DNA of 60,900 bases from assembly GCA_035312025.1 (NCBI GenBank), contig DATGCJ010000060.1:1-60900 (forward strand). Reading direction: 5' to 3'. The position numbers and the translations under genes are program-made. The stretch's first letter is position 1. Every line of letters starts with the position of its first letter. The DNA comes from Halanaerobiales bacterium (GTDB lineage: Bacteria > Bacillota > Halanaerobiia > Halanaerobiales > M55B127). Shown piece after piece: positions 1-8,584 of this stretch. A model generated the notes under the pieces. That model was given only the letters and a program-made list of their open reading frames with translations, was not told the DNA's origin and did no database searches.

Positions 1-53
1 CTTTTTACTCCAAAACAAAAGCCAGCCTCATCCGCAGTTATTATCTCCAGCAC
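1..53 (-). CDS. ispH: 4-hydroxy-3-methylbut-2-enyl diphosphate reductase IspH, N-terminal fragment running off the window edge
   Basis: The minus strand from GTG at 53-51 (SD GGAAGGAGG about 5 nt upstream) reads MLEIITADEAGFCFGVK. This matches the conserved IspH/LytB N-terminal AGFCFGV motif. The position downstream of cmk-plsC is typical. Only 17 codons are visible. Confidence 0.5.
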   Translation of the reverse strand, partial: MLEIITADEAGFCFGVK

Positions 54-189
54 CTTCACCTCCTTCCAGAACAACAAAACAAGACCTGTACAACAACCTC
101 CAAAACAACTTTGTTTTTTCAAATAAGCGTTATGTTACTTGCTCATAGATATTTATAAAATAACATATTTTTTTCAAAAAGGCAAATAA

Positions 190-789
190 TTATTCAATTG
201 AATCAAGTTCTTCTTTGATTTTTTTCATGATTATTTCGCCCACTTCTGACTTTTCTTCCCGTGAAAGTTTTTTATCATAATATTGATCTAAAGAAAATGG
301 TTCCCCCACCGATACTTTTAAGGAAGAATCATCATCTGAATGTTTAATTCCGACCGGAAGAATAGGACTTTCACTCATTAGTGCAATTAAAGTAACACCT
401 GGTTTAGCATCACCTAATTTATCACCTTTTATCCGGGTGCCTTCTGGGAACATACAAAGTACCTTCCCGTTTTTTAATATCTCTAAAGAACGGCGGATTG
501 CTTTTTTATCCGGAGTTCCTCTTTTAACAGGGAAACTCCCGATTTGATGTAAGATAAAGCCGAACCATTTTTTATCAAAAAGCTCCTGTTTGGCCATAAA
601 ATGTAGTTGTCTATTTACAGCACATCCTACTATGGGAGGATCTAAATAACTTACATGGTTTGATACTACTATTAAAGGTCCTTCTTTTGGGACATTATTT
701 CTTCCTTTCACCCGCCAGTGGTGTACTATTTTAAAATATAGGTTAAGTAATACATAACTAACCCAATAGATTACTTTTCCCATCCTCAC
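190..789 (-). CDS. plsC: 1-acyl-sn-glycerol-3-phosphate acyltransferase
   Basis: Carries the acyltransferase HX4D motif (NHVSYLD) and the FPEGTR motif, and is about 200 aa. The true start is probably the ATG at 783 (SD GGGGAG 8 nt upstream) rather than the GTG at 789. Confidence 0.85.
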   Translation of the reverse strand: MRMGKVIYWVSYVLLNLYFKIVHHWRVKGRNNVPKEGPLIVVSNHVSYLDPPIVGCAVNRQLHFMAKQELFDKKWFGFILHQIGSFPVKRGTPDKKAIRRSLEILKNGKVLCMFPEGTRIKGDKLGDAKPGVTLIALMSESPILPVGIKHSDDDSSLKVSVGEPFSLDQYYDKKLSREEKSEVGEIIMKKIKEELDSIE

Positions 790-1451
790 TACTCCCCTCT
801 TATAATACGTAATATTTTTTTTAAAACCTGCTCTTTATTTAGATCTGTTGTATCTATTACAACCGCATCCTCAGCCTTTTTAAGCGGAGAATACTTTCGG
901 TTAGAATCTATTCTATCCCGTCTTATTATCTCTTGTTGGACTTCCTCAAAAGACTTATCTTCACCTCTATTAACCACGTCTTTATACCTTCGTTTGGCCC
1001 TTTCCTTGACAGTAGCTGTTATATAAAACTTATAATCAGCCTGAGGTAATACTCTGGTTCCAATATCTCTCCCGTCCATTACTATATCCTTGGTTTGGGC
1101 AATCATTCTTTGTTTTTTAACAAGTTCATCCCGGACAGCTTTTATCTTAGCTACGGCTGAAACATTATTATCTACTTTTTCTGTCCTAATTTCATTTGTA
1201 ATATCTTGGTCATCCATGTATATTTTAAAATTATTATTTTTGTATTCAATATCAATACTTAGATCTTTTACCAGTCTTTTTAACTTCTCTTTATTATTAA
1301 CATCCACACCATCCTCTAAGGCCGCTAAAGTCACAGCCCTATACATGGCACCACTATCTAAATATGTAAAGTTTAACTTTTCGGCCAGCTTTTTAGCTAC
1401 AGTACTCTTCCCTGCCCCGGCTGGACCATCAATAGCCACTGAAGTTGTCAA
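789..1451 (-). CDS. cmk: cytidylate kinase
   Basis: The N-terminal P-loop IAIDGPAGAGKST, the 220 aa length and overall Cmk-like sequence all fit. SD GAGGTGG lies upstream. Confidence 0.95.
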   Translation of the reverse strand: MTTSVAIDGPAGAGKSTVAKKLAEKLNFTYLDSGAMYRAVTLAALEDGVDVNNKEKLKRLVKDLSIDIEYKNNNFKIYMDDQDITNEIRTEKVDNNVSAVAKIKAVRDELVKKQRMIAQTKDIVMDGRDIGTRVLPQADYKFYITATVKERAKRRYKDVVNRGEDKSFEEVQQEIIRRDRIDSNRKYSPLKKAEDAVVIDTTDLNKEQVLKKILRIIRGE

Positions 1452-1469
1452 TTTACCACCTCATTTATT

Positions 1470-1897
1470 TTAATATAATATTTTAGCTAATTTGTCAAAA
1501 AATCCCGGAAAAGAATTCTTAATACAAGAGGTATCCATCAACCCAATTTCATACTATGTTATTAACCTTAAGACTGTAAATATCATGGCCATCCTATGGT
1601 CCATTTTAGGGTCTAAAACACCACTTTCCTCTATCTTTTGTGGTCCTCTTATTTCAAAATCATCTTTGCAAGTTTTCATATTTAAATTTAAAATATCAAA
1701 AGCACTCATTAAAACAAACAACCTATCACTTTCTTTTATTCTTAATACCTCAATTAAACTTACTGTTATCTTCCGGCTGCTTTAAGCGCTGCAACAACAA
1801 TTAAAGGTATTTCATCAATCATAGTTGGTATTAAATCTTAGTTTACATTTAACCCTGCTAAATCACCGTGCTTAATAACTATATCAACTATTAATAC
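1470..1897 (-). pseudogene. aroA: 3' remnant of 3-phosphoshikimate 1-carboxyvinyltransferase (EPSP synthase) gene, disrupted and 5'-truncated
   Basis: My own minus-strand translation gives VLIVDIVIKHGDLAGLNVN*DLIPTMIDEIPLIVVAALKAAG, then a frameshift near 1772-1778. It continues KITVSLIEVLRIKESDRLFVLMSAFDILNLNMKTCKDDFEIRGPQKIEESGVLDPKMDHRMAMIFTVLRLIT*YEIGLMDTSCIKNSFPGFFDKLAKILY. These match C-terminal AroA signatures (DEIP..A, LRVKESDR, DHR.AM, SFP.FF). In-frame stops are at 1838-1840 (TAA) and 1554-1556 (TAG). About 300 N-terminal codons are missing. Confidence 0.75.
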
Positions 1898-1915
1898 CTA
1901 TTTACCTACTTTTTA

Positions 1916-2905
1916 TTAATTACCGGTTCTCTTTGTTTTCTTTTTAATATTTTTCACTAACTTTTTGAAATTACTTAAGTTCAGGGATTGATAACCATCA
2001 CTTAAAGCCAGATGGGGTTCAGGATGAATTTCAACCATTACTCCCTGGGCTCCCAGAGTTAAAGCAGCAGCTGCGGCTGGCTGAATTAAATCCCACCTAC
2101 CGGTTCCATGGCTGGGATCTACTATAATCGGGTAATCGCTTAATTTTTTTAAGATAGGGACTGCCATCAGATCAAGTGTAAATCTTGTCTTCTCGACAAA
2201 GGTCCTTATCCCCCTCTCACAGAGGATTATATTCTTATTCCCCTGCCTATAGATGTATTCAGCTGCCATTACGAACTCTTCGTAGGTAGCACTCATGCCT
2301 CTTTTTAAAAGAACTGGTTTATCTGTTTTCCCGATTTCTTTAAGTAAACTGTAGTTATACATGTTTCTAGATCCGATTTGTAAGATATCTGAATACTCAC
2401 TTACTACCGGTATTTTATCTGTATCCATTACCTCTGTAACTATCTTAAAACCGTGTTTTTGGGCCTCGTCTTTTAGTAGCTGTAGTCCTTTCTCTTCTAA
2501 TCCCTGGAATTGATAGGGGGAAGTGCGGGGTTTAAAGGCCCCTCCCCTTATATATTCAATATTTAAATCAGAAAGGATTTGACCTATTTCTTCCATCTGA
2601 ACTTTATTTTCTACCGAACAGGGACCCGCGATAATTTCAAAGTCGGCCTGTTGAAAGGCTTTTTTACCTTCAATTTCAATAAATCGGGTTTCGTCTAGAA
2701 ACTGATGTGCTTCATCTTCCTCTAATATATTATCAGGTTTATAGGTTGTCCTTATTATATTTACAAACTTTTTACTAATATCAGAAATTATTATTATGGC
2801 AATAAGGTCATCTCTTTTTCTTTTTAAATAATTAATATCTTCATCCTTCAGAAAATCCACGAAATTTATATAATTTTCATTTTTCCCTTCATATATTATA
2901 ATCAT
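1916..2905 (-). CDS. aroF: 3-deoxy-7-phosphoheptulonate (DAHP) synthase, type I-beta with N-terminal regulatory-like domain
   Basis: The C-terminal roughly 250 aa resemble the KDO8P/DAHP synthase I-beta family (IAGPCSVE, GAFKPRTSPY.FQG, VDPSH). An N-terminal extension of about 85 aa resembles the Thermotoga-type enzyme. The start has an ATGA overlap with the upstream aroH fragment. Confidence 0.85.
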   Translation of the reverse strand: MIIIYEGKNENYINFVDFLKDEDINYLKRKRDDLIAIIIISDISKKFVNIIRTTYKPDNILEEDEAHQFLDETRFIEIEGKKAFQQADFEIIAGPCSVENKVQMEEIGQILSDLNIEYIRGGAFKPRTSPYQFQGLEEKGLQLLKDEAQKHGFKIVTEVMDTDKIPVVSEYSDILQIGSRNMYNYSLLKEIGKTDKPVLLKRGMSATYEEFVMAAEYIYRQGNKNIILCERGIRTFVEKTRFTLDLMAVPILKKLSDYPIIVDPSHGTGRWDLIQPAAAAALTLGAQGVMVEIHPEPHLALSDGYQSLNLSNFKKLVKNIKKKTKRTGN

Positions 2906-3280
2906 AGGTTTGGCTCCTCTGCCATATAATTAAGATCTTTTCTTAAATTTTTAGCCTTTTTCAGATAAATATGACGAATATTCTCTTTGTCTTTATCATC
3001 ATTTATAAAAATCATAACTCTTATACATTTTTCAAGTGAACCTTCAACATACATCTCCTGTAGACACATAATAGAGGTTCTTTGAAACCCCAACTTCCTT
3101 ACCCCCCTGGCCGGGATAAATAGAGTCCAGATCTTCGGTTGTGGAAAAGATAAAACTTATTATATCTTCTTTTTGTAGATTATTTACTTTAACTATTTTC
3201 TTTATTAAATCCTTAACTGCGTTTAAGATCTCATCTTCTTGATTGTTTTCTACTGTAATTGCACCTCTTATAGTATACAC
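2902..3280 (-). pseudogene. aroH: AroH-class chorismate mutase, split by a +1 frameshift into two ORFs (3044-3280 and 2902-3093)
   Basis: The N-terminal ORF reads MYTIRGAITVENNQEDEILNAVKDLIKKIV...FSTTEDLDSIYP. The second frame reads PARGVRKLGFQRTSIMCLQEMYVEGSLEKCIRVMIFIN...IRHIYL. Together they are collinear with B. subtilis AroH (IRGATTV...TPDLHAVFPAKAVREL...CMQEMDVTGGLKKCIRVMMTV). The frame switch maps to about 3111-3120 (TAT CCC GGC C on the minus strand). Confidence 0.8.
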
Positions 3281-3297
3281 GTCTAATCCCCCTCTTT

Positions 3298-3330
3298 CAA
3301 TAAAAATACACCCTCAAACAGGGTGTATGT
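3298..3330 (-). terminator. rho-independent terminator downstream of rnc
   Basis: The minus strand reads ATACACCCT-GTTTG-AGGGTGTAT, a 9-bp stem, followed by TTTTATT. Confidence 0.6.
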
Positions 3331-3335
3331 TAGGA

Positions 3336-4043
3336 TTACTTATCTAATTGCTTTAGAGCATGCTTAGCTGCTTCTTGTTCAGCTTCTTTCTTGCTTTTAC
3401 CCTTTCCAAAACCGAGTTCTCTCTCTTCAAAATTTACAACGACATAAAATTCTTTATTATGGTCAGGCCCTTTTTCTTTGACAACTTCATATTCGGGTCT
3501 ATTATTACTATTTTTTTGGATTACTTCCTGCAACATCGTTTTATAGTCCTGAATATAGTTACCGTTATCTACTTCATATATAAATGATTTAAAATTGCTA
3601 ATGATAAATTCAAAGGCAAAATCAAAACCTTTATCCAGATAAATAGCTCCTAAAATGGCTTCCATGGTATCTGCTAAAATTGAATCCCGGTTTCTACCCC
3701 CGGATAATTCTTCCCCTTTACCAAGCAGTAAAAACTTGCCTAAATTCAATTCTGAAGCTTTTTCAGCTAAAACCGGAGCGCTAACTATAACCGACCTTAT
3801 CTTGGCCAGTTTTCCTTCTTTATAATCATCATATTTATTAAAAATATAAGTACTGATCGATAAACTTAAAACTGAGTCTCCCAAAAACTCTAATCTTTCA
3901 TTATCCTTGATCTTTAGTTCGGCATTCTCATTCGCAAATGACTTATGGGTTAAAGCCCTGCGAAGTAATTTCTTATTACTGAATTTAATATTTAATTTAG
4001 ACTCTAATTCTACCAGCTTGTCAACTGAATAATATTCTGTCAT
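3336..4043 (-). CDS. rnc: ribonuclease III
   Basis: Carries the RNase III signature ERLEFLGDSVL and a C-terminal dsRBD (KSKKEAEQEAAK). Length is 235 aa and the gene lies downstream of acpP. Confidence 0.95.
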   Translation of the reverse strand: MTEYYSVDKLVELESKLNIKFSNKKLLRRALTHKSFANENAELKIKDNERLEFLGDSVLSLSISTYIFNKYDDYKEGKLAKIRSVIVSAPVLAEKASELNLGKFLLLGKGEELSGGRNRDSILADTMEAILGAIYLDKGFDFAFEFIISNFKSFIYEVDNGNYIQDYKTMLQEVIQKNSNNRPEYEVVKEKGPDHNKEFYVVVNFEERELGFGKGKSKKEAEQEAAKHALKQLDK

Positions 4044-4077
4044 CTAAGTTTCACCACACCTGTCATCATTATTTCTT

Positions 4078-4120
4078 TTCAAAAAGGGGTATAATACATA
4101 TCCATTATTATACCCCTTTT
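4078..4120 (-). terminator. hairpin terminator/attenuator downstream of acpP
   Basis: An 11-bp perfect stem GGGGTATAATA/TATTATACCCC (4086-4096 and 4106-4116) is flanked by A/T runs. On the minus strand it is followed by TTTTTG. Confidence 0.6.
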
Positions 4121-4137
4121 AATTTTATATTTAAAGT

Positions 4138-4374
4138 TTAAAGATTTCCCTCTATATAATCAACTGCATCAGATACAGTTGCGATCTCTTCCGCGTCTTC
4201 ATCAGGAATTTCAATATCAAATTCCTCTTCCAATGCCATAATTAATTCTACAACATCTAATGAATCAGCACCAAGATCATCAATAAATGAGGCATCTTCA
4301 GTGATTTCATCTTCAGAAATTGCAAGCTCTTCAGATACTACCTTCACTATTCTATCAAATACATCTGCCATCAT
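4138..4374 (-). CDS. acpP: acyl carrier protein
   Basis: 78 aa and acidic, with the DLGADSLD phosphopantetheine attachment motif. Confidence 0.95.
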   Translation of the reverse strand: MMADVFDRIVKVVSEELAISEDEITEDASFIDDLGADSLDVVELIMALEEEFDIEIPDEDAEEIATVSDAVDYIEGNL

Positions 4375-4387
4375 TTTTCACCCCCTT

Positions 4388-5131
4388 TCACATTAACATT
4401 CCTCCATCGATATTTATAGTTTGTCCATTTACGTAATTAGCTAATGGAGAAACCAAAAACATTATTACATTTGCAACATCTTCTACTTCACCAAATCTAT
4501 CTAAGGGAATATTTTTTAACATATCTTCTTTTACTTTAGCAGGAAGTTCTTCTGTCATATCAGTGTTAATATAACCGGGGGCGACTGCATTTACATTAAT
4601 ACCCCTTTTTGACACTTCTCTGGCCACTGACTTAGTAAAACCGACTATCCCCGCTTTAGAAGCTGAATAGTTAGCCTGTCCGGCATTACCCATTAATCCA
4701 ACTACAGAACTTAAATTCACTATTTTACCATGGTGTTGTTTCATCATGTAACGGATTGCCTGTTTTGTACAGTTGAAAGTACCCTGTAAATTAACATTAA
4801 TAACATCATTAAAATCTTTTTCCTTCATTCTTAAAAGGAGTCCGTCTTTTGTGATACCGGCATTATTGACTAGAATATCAATTTTATCGAATTCTTTGAC
4901 AGTTGCTTTAATTAAATTTTTTGCGTCATCCATCTCAGCCACATTACCTTGAATTACTAAAGCTTGTCTGCCTAAATCTCTGATCTTTTGGGCTGTCTCT
5001 TCTGCGCTTTCTTTATCATTATTATAGTTTACAACAACATCTGCCCCTTCTTCAGCCAGTTTGATAGCAGTAGCTGCCCCAATACCGCGGGAACTACCGG
5101 TTACAACAGCAACCTGGTCTTTGAGTAACAA
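4388..5131 (-). CDS. fabG: 3-oxoacyl-[ACP] reductase
   Basis: An SDR with TGSSRGIG, NNAG and the YSASKAG catalytic motif. Length is 247 aa and it sits directly upstream of acpP. Confidence 0.9.
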   Translation of the reverse strand: MLLKDQVAVVTGSSRGIGAATAIKLAEEGADVVVNYNNDKESAEETAQKIRDLGRQALVIQGNVAEMDDAKNLIKATVKEFDKIDILVNNAGITKDGLLLRMKEKDFNDVINVNLQGTFNCTKQAIRYMMKQHHGKIVNLSSVVGLMGNAGQANYSASKAGIVGFTKSVAREVSKRGINVNAVAPGYINTDMTEELPAKVKEDMLKNIPLDRFGEVEDVANVIMFLVSPLANYVNGQTINIDGGMLM

Positions 5132-5146
5132 GCTATCATCTCCTCA

Positions 5147-5956
5147 TTATTCGACATATAGAGAACTAACATAAAAATTCAAGTTGTCTAGATAAAGTCC
5201 TGTAAACTTTTCAATTAATTCATTTAGTTTTACCTGCAGGGAATTTATGTATTCAACTATCTCTACACCATATTTTAATATAATTTCGATGTTAACACAA
5301 ATCTCATTATCTTCTTTTTCAATATGGATTGAATTTACTTCTATTATAATCTTTTCTTTGGAAAGTTCAAAAGAAATCAAATCCCGAATCACATGGTTAT
5401 ATATTACAAGGTTACCAAAATAAGAAAATTTCGGTCTCACAATTGTCTTTTCTTTTTTTATAGATCCCTTACCTTTGCCAAAAAACAGTTCAAGGGAATG
5501 AATAAAATAGCCGGGGAATCTTGATTTTACTTCAATCTTGGGAACCGGTATCACATGCTTACCTTCATTTTTTCTGGTATCAATTGCTTTTTTAATTTCA
5601 TCTTCTTTTGCAATATCATTAATTTTAATAATTTCATCTATTCCATCTAATTTCAAATTGGCAACAATTCTTTCTATCATCCGCATTGAAGTACCTAAGA
5701 TTAATATTTTATTTTCATCTACATCCTTTAGGGCTTCTTTTATTTCATTTAGATGATCTTCCTCCAGTAGGATGGCAGTCCGAATCGCCTGGATCTTTCT
5801 TTTATCCCTTTTAGCTGATTTACCTGCTAATACTCGTCCTTTATAGATTAGAAGGCCGTCATCCAGTATTAGAGGGATATCATATTTATCGGCAACAAAA
5901 GCCGCTCTATGGCTTTTTCCTGAGCCGCTGACACCTACCAGTGCATATACATACAA
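5147..5956 (-). CDS. hypothetical protein: N-terminal P-loop NTPase domain fused to a C-terminal Asp23/Gls24-like domain
   Basis: A Walker A motif GVSGSGKSH lies at residues 8-16. The C-terminal roughly 100 aa (GNLVIYNHVIRDLISFEL...ICVNIEIILKYGVEIVEYINSLQVKLNELIEKFTGLYLDNLNFYVSSL) are collinear with the Asp23 protein at 42277-42651. TTG start with SD AAGGGG. Confidence 0.6.
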   Translation of the reverse strand: MYVYALVGVSGSGKSHRAAFVADKYDIPLILDDGLLIYKGRVLAGKSAKRDKRKIQAIRTAILLEEDHLNEIKEALKDVDENKILILGTSMRMIERIVANLKLDGIDEIIKINDIAKEDEIKKAIDTRKNEGKHVIPVPKIEVKSRFPGYFIHSLELFFGKGKGSIKKEKTIVRPKFSYFGNLVIYNHVIRDLISFELSKEKIIIEVNSIHIEKEDNEICVNIEIILKYGVEIVEYINSLQVKLNELIEKFTGLYLDNLNFYVSSLYVE

Positions 5957-5989
5957 TATCTACACCCCTTAAAAAATATTCTTAAATTT

Positions 5990-6018
5990 ACTATAAATGA
6001 AATTTATTAAAATTTCAA
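5990..6018 (-). promoter_or_regulatory. sigma-A-type promoter upstream of the P-loop/Asp23-fabG-acpP unit
   Basis: The minus strand has TTGAAA (6018-6013), a 17-nt spacer and TATAGT (5995-5990). Confidence 0.4.
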
Positions 6019-6162
6019 GTGATTCATTTAAAAAGATAATAACTTATTGTGGTTATTCTTCTCAATTTTTAGTATTTTTCCAGATTAAGTATTTATAATT
6101 AATAACCAAATTTTTCTTATTATTTTACTAATAAAAATTAATTTTTACATTATAGGTTGTTC

Positions 6163-6212
6163 AAAATAAAATAAGCCCCCTAAATAAGTTTAAAAACATT
6201 ACTTAGGGGGCT
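6163..6212 (-). terminator. rho-independent terminator at the distal end of the catabolic island
   Basis: A 10-bp GC-rich stem AGCCCCCTAA/TTAGGGGGCT (6174-6183 and 6203-6212) is followed on the minus strand by a T-rich tract. It lies directly after the C-N hydrolase stop. Confidence 0.7.
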
Positions 6213-6227
6213 ATTTTAAATAAATAT

Positions 6228-7127
6228 TTAGTCATTATCTTTTTTATATGGTATTCTTTCATAAGGTTCGAACTTACTTTTTGCTTCCTTAGTTAACCCG
6301 TCATATACACTTAGATTTCTATCTTCTAGATGGTCAAAGATCATAGGTGATTTAACCCCATAAGAAACATGTTTTATGGGATCACTGTCTAAACGGGCGG
6401 AGACAATTTCTTCTGTTCCCCGAGCTAAGGCTATTTTTTCAGCAATAGGACTAATAATCATGCTGTGACCGAAATAATAATTTTCTTCTGCATCTGCTCC
6501 AACTGAATTAACACCGATCATGTAGATATGATTATCATAAGCACGAGCTTTATTGGTCATTTCCCAAATATCATAACTTCTCAGTAAGGCAGAAGGCCTA
6601 ACAATAACTTCAGCCCCTTTGATAGCTAAGATTCTGCTTAATTCGGGGAAGTCTCCCTCATAACAAATTGTAATTCCAATATTGGCCAGGTCAGTTTCAA
6701 AAACCTCTACTTTGTTACCTGGTGTTGTCCAGCCTCCCCCCTGTAATCTTTCGGAGGGGAAAAGGTGTGTTTTGGAATATTTTCCAATTATATTACCATC
6801 AGGACCAATCAAGACCGCACTATTATAAACAACTCCCCGCTTTTCACCTCGTTCATAGGTAGGTAAAACAACAAATACACTATTTTTTTTGGCTGCTTTT
6901 GCGATTGGACCTGTTAATTTTCCGGGTACATAATCAATTTTATCCCACAGTTCTTCTGGACTACAGCCAGGAGCAAATCCGGTTGTTATCGACTCGGGAA
7001 AAACAATTAGTTCAGCATTATGCTCATCAACTGCCTTATTTAACCAGGTTATTATCTTATTTATATTATATTCAATATTATCAGGTTTAACACTAATCTG
7101 AACCCCTGCAACAACAAAATCTTTCAA
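6228..7127 (-). CDS. carbon-nitrogen hydrolase (nitrilase superfamily) amidase/decarbamoylase
   Basis: The E-K-C triad context is present: FPE near residue 45, YSKTHLF, and ICYEGDFPE. Length is 299 aa. TTG start with SD GGGGGTG 5 nt upstream. Confidence 0.85.
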   Translation of the reverse strand: MKDFVVAGVQISVKPDNIEYNINKIITWLNKAVDEHNAELIVFPESITTGFAPGCSPEELWDKIDYVPGKLTGPIAKAAKKNSVFVVLPTYERGEKRGVVYNSAVLIGPDGNIIGKYSKTHLFPSERLQGGGWTTPGNKVEVFETDLANIGITICYEGDFPELSRILAIKGAEVIVRPSALLRSYDIWEMTNKARAYDNHIYMIGVNSVGADAEENYYFGHSMIISPIAEKIALARGTEEIVSARLDSDPIKHVSYGVKSPMIFDHLEDRNLSVYDGLTKEAKSKFEPYERIPYKKDND

Positions 7128-7138
7128 GCTAACACCCC

Positions 7139-8299
7139 CTAGCCTAAATATTTTTTGATTATCTCTTCAGTGTGTTCTCCTAACTTAGGAGCCCTTTCAC
7201 GTTCAGTCTCATCTTGAGTATCTGATAGTTTAATTGGATTACCAGCAATTGTAAATCTGCCATCGTCAGGGTCTACAACATCAACCAACATATTACGGGC
7301 TTCAACCTGAGGATGATTAAATAGGTCTTCTACATCATTGATAGGTCCAGCAGGAACTCCGTGATTATCAAGTAGTTCAATTACATCATCAGCCTTTTTA
7401 TCTATTACAAAATCATTAATTATTTCTACTAACTCTTCCCTATTTTCAGTCCGTTTATCGTTTGTTTTAAAACGAGGATCGTCAATAAGATCTTCTCTAC
7501 CAATTGCCTCGCAAAATTTAGCCCATATATTATCATTACCAACAGCAATAATAAACCATTCATCCTTTGCTTTAAATGCCTGAAATGGTGTAATTGAAGG
7601 ATGGCGGTTACCTAACGGTCCCGGGGCCTCCCCTGAAGCTGTATAACGGGCAATAGCATTTTCTAAAATCGCAATCTGACTATCTAACATCGCAATATCC
7701 ACTTTTTTACCTTTGCCAGTTTTTTTTCTTTCATGTACAGCTGCCAGTATTCCTACTGTGGCAAAAAGAGCTGCTACAATATCACCGATAGAGGCTCCTA
7801 CCCTTACCGGGGGACGATCTGGTTCTCCCGTTATACTCATGATTCCACCAGCAGCCTGGACTATCATATCATAAGCTGCTTTATCTGAATAAGGACCACT
7901 GTGTCCAAAGCCTGAAATTGCAGCATATATTAATTTTTCATTGTATTCTTTTAAGGTATTATAATCTAAGTTTAACTTTTCCATTGTTGTAGGTCTAAAG
8001 TTTTCAACTAATATATCTACTTTTTTGACTAATCCTAAGAATGTATTCCTGTCTTCTTCATCTTTTAAATTAAGGGTAATACTTTTCTTACCCCAATTTA
8101 GACTAATGAAATAAGCACTTCGGCCTTCAATAAAGGGTCCAAAATGTCTTGAATCATCGCCTGTTTCCGGTCTTTCAACTTTAATTATTTCAGCCCCTAA
8201 ATCCTTTAAGAGCATAGTACAAAAGGGACCTGCAAGTACTCTAGATAAATCTAGGACAACTAAGTCTTCTAAAGGTTTTTTATTATTAATGATAATCAC
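7139..8299 (-). CDS. family III CoA-transferase (CaiB/BaiF/Frc-like)
   Basis: The N-terminus PLEDLVVLDLSRVLAGPFCTMLLKDLGAEIIKVE and the central GASIGD (catalytic Asp region) are typical of CoA_transf_3. The exact start is uncertain because the GTG at 8299 abuts the SD AGGAGG. An in-frame ATC or ATT 6-9 nt downstream is possible. Confidence 0.85.
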   Translation of the reverse strand: MIIINNKKPLEDLVVLDLSRVLAGPFCTMLLKDLGAEIIKVERPETGDDSRHFGPFIEGRSAYFISLNWGKKSITLNLKDEEDRNTFLGLVKKVDILVENFRPTTMEKLNLDYNTLKEYNEKLIYAAISGFGHSGPYSDKAAYDMIVQAAGGIMSITGEPDRPPVRVGASIGDIVAALFATVGILAAVHERKKTGKGKKVDIAMLDSQIAILENAIARYTASGEAPGPLGNRHPSITPFQAFKAKDEWFIIAVGNDNIWAKFCEAIGREDLIDDPRFKTNDKRTENREELVEIINDFVIDKKADDVIELLDNHGVPAGPINDVEDLFNHPQVEARNMLVDVVDPDDGRFTIAGNPIKLSDTQDETERERAPKLGEHTEEIIKKYLG

Positions 8300-8367
8300 C
8301 CTCCTATTTATTTTCTTTTTTAATGAACATATTTTATATAATAATTAATACAGGTCTGGTCTAACGA

Positions 8368-8396
8368 TAGATAATAAAAAGTCTATATATTTTCAA
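8368..8396 (-). promoter_or_regulatory. candidate sigma-A promoter for the CoA-transferase/C-N hydrolase unit
   Basis: The minus strand has TTGAAA (8396-8391), a 17-nt spacer and TATCTA (8373-8368). A 14-bp perfect palindrome lies 8 bp upstream (8404-8417). Confidence 0.35.
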
Positions 8397-8584
8397 TATA
8401 ACCAATTTGATCAAATTAATCAATTTTTGCTTAGTATTATAAATCAATATTACTCTATCTATAGAAAATAAGCAAAGACCTCCTCTTTATTTTTTTGTTA
8501 TCTATCAGAGACCTTTAACTTATTTCCTTTATTTTTTAAAACTAAAGTATCCAATATTATCTTTGATTATTTATTTTAACTATT

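Noticed and set aside
54-189. A possible terminator or hairpin between plsC and ispH (AAAACA-AAGT-TGTTTT).
   Set aside because: It has only 6 A-U/G-U-rich base pairs and is too weak to call.
1492-1785. A 97-aa plus-strand ORF in the gap between cmk and the DAHP synthase gene.
   Set aside because: The opposite strand over the same interval translates into clear EPSP synthase C-terminal motifs, so this is the aroA remnant. The plus-strand ORF has no recognisable features.
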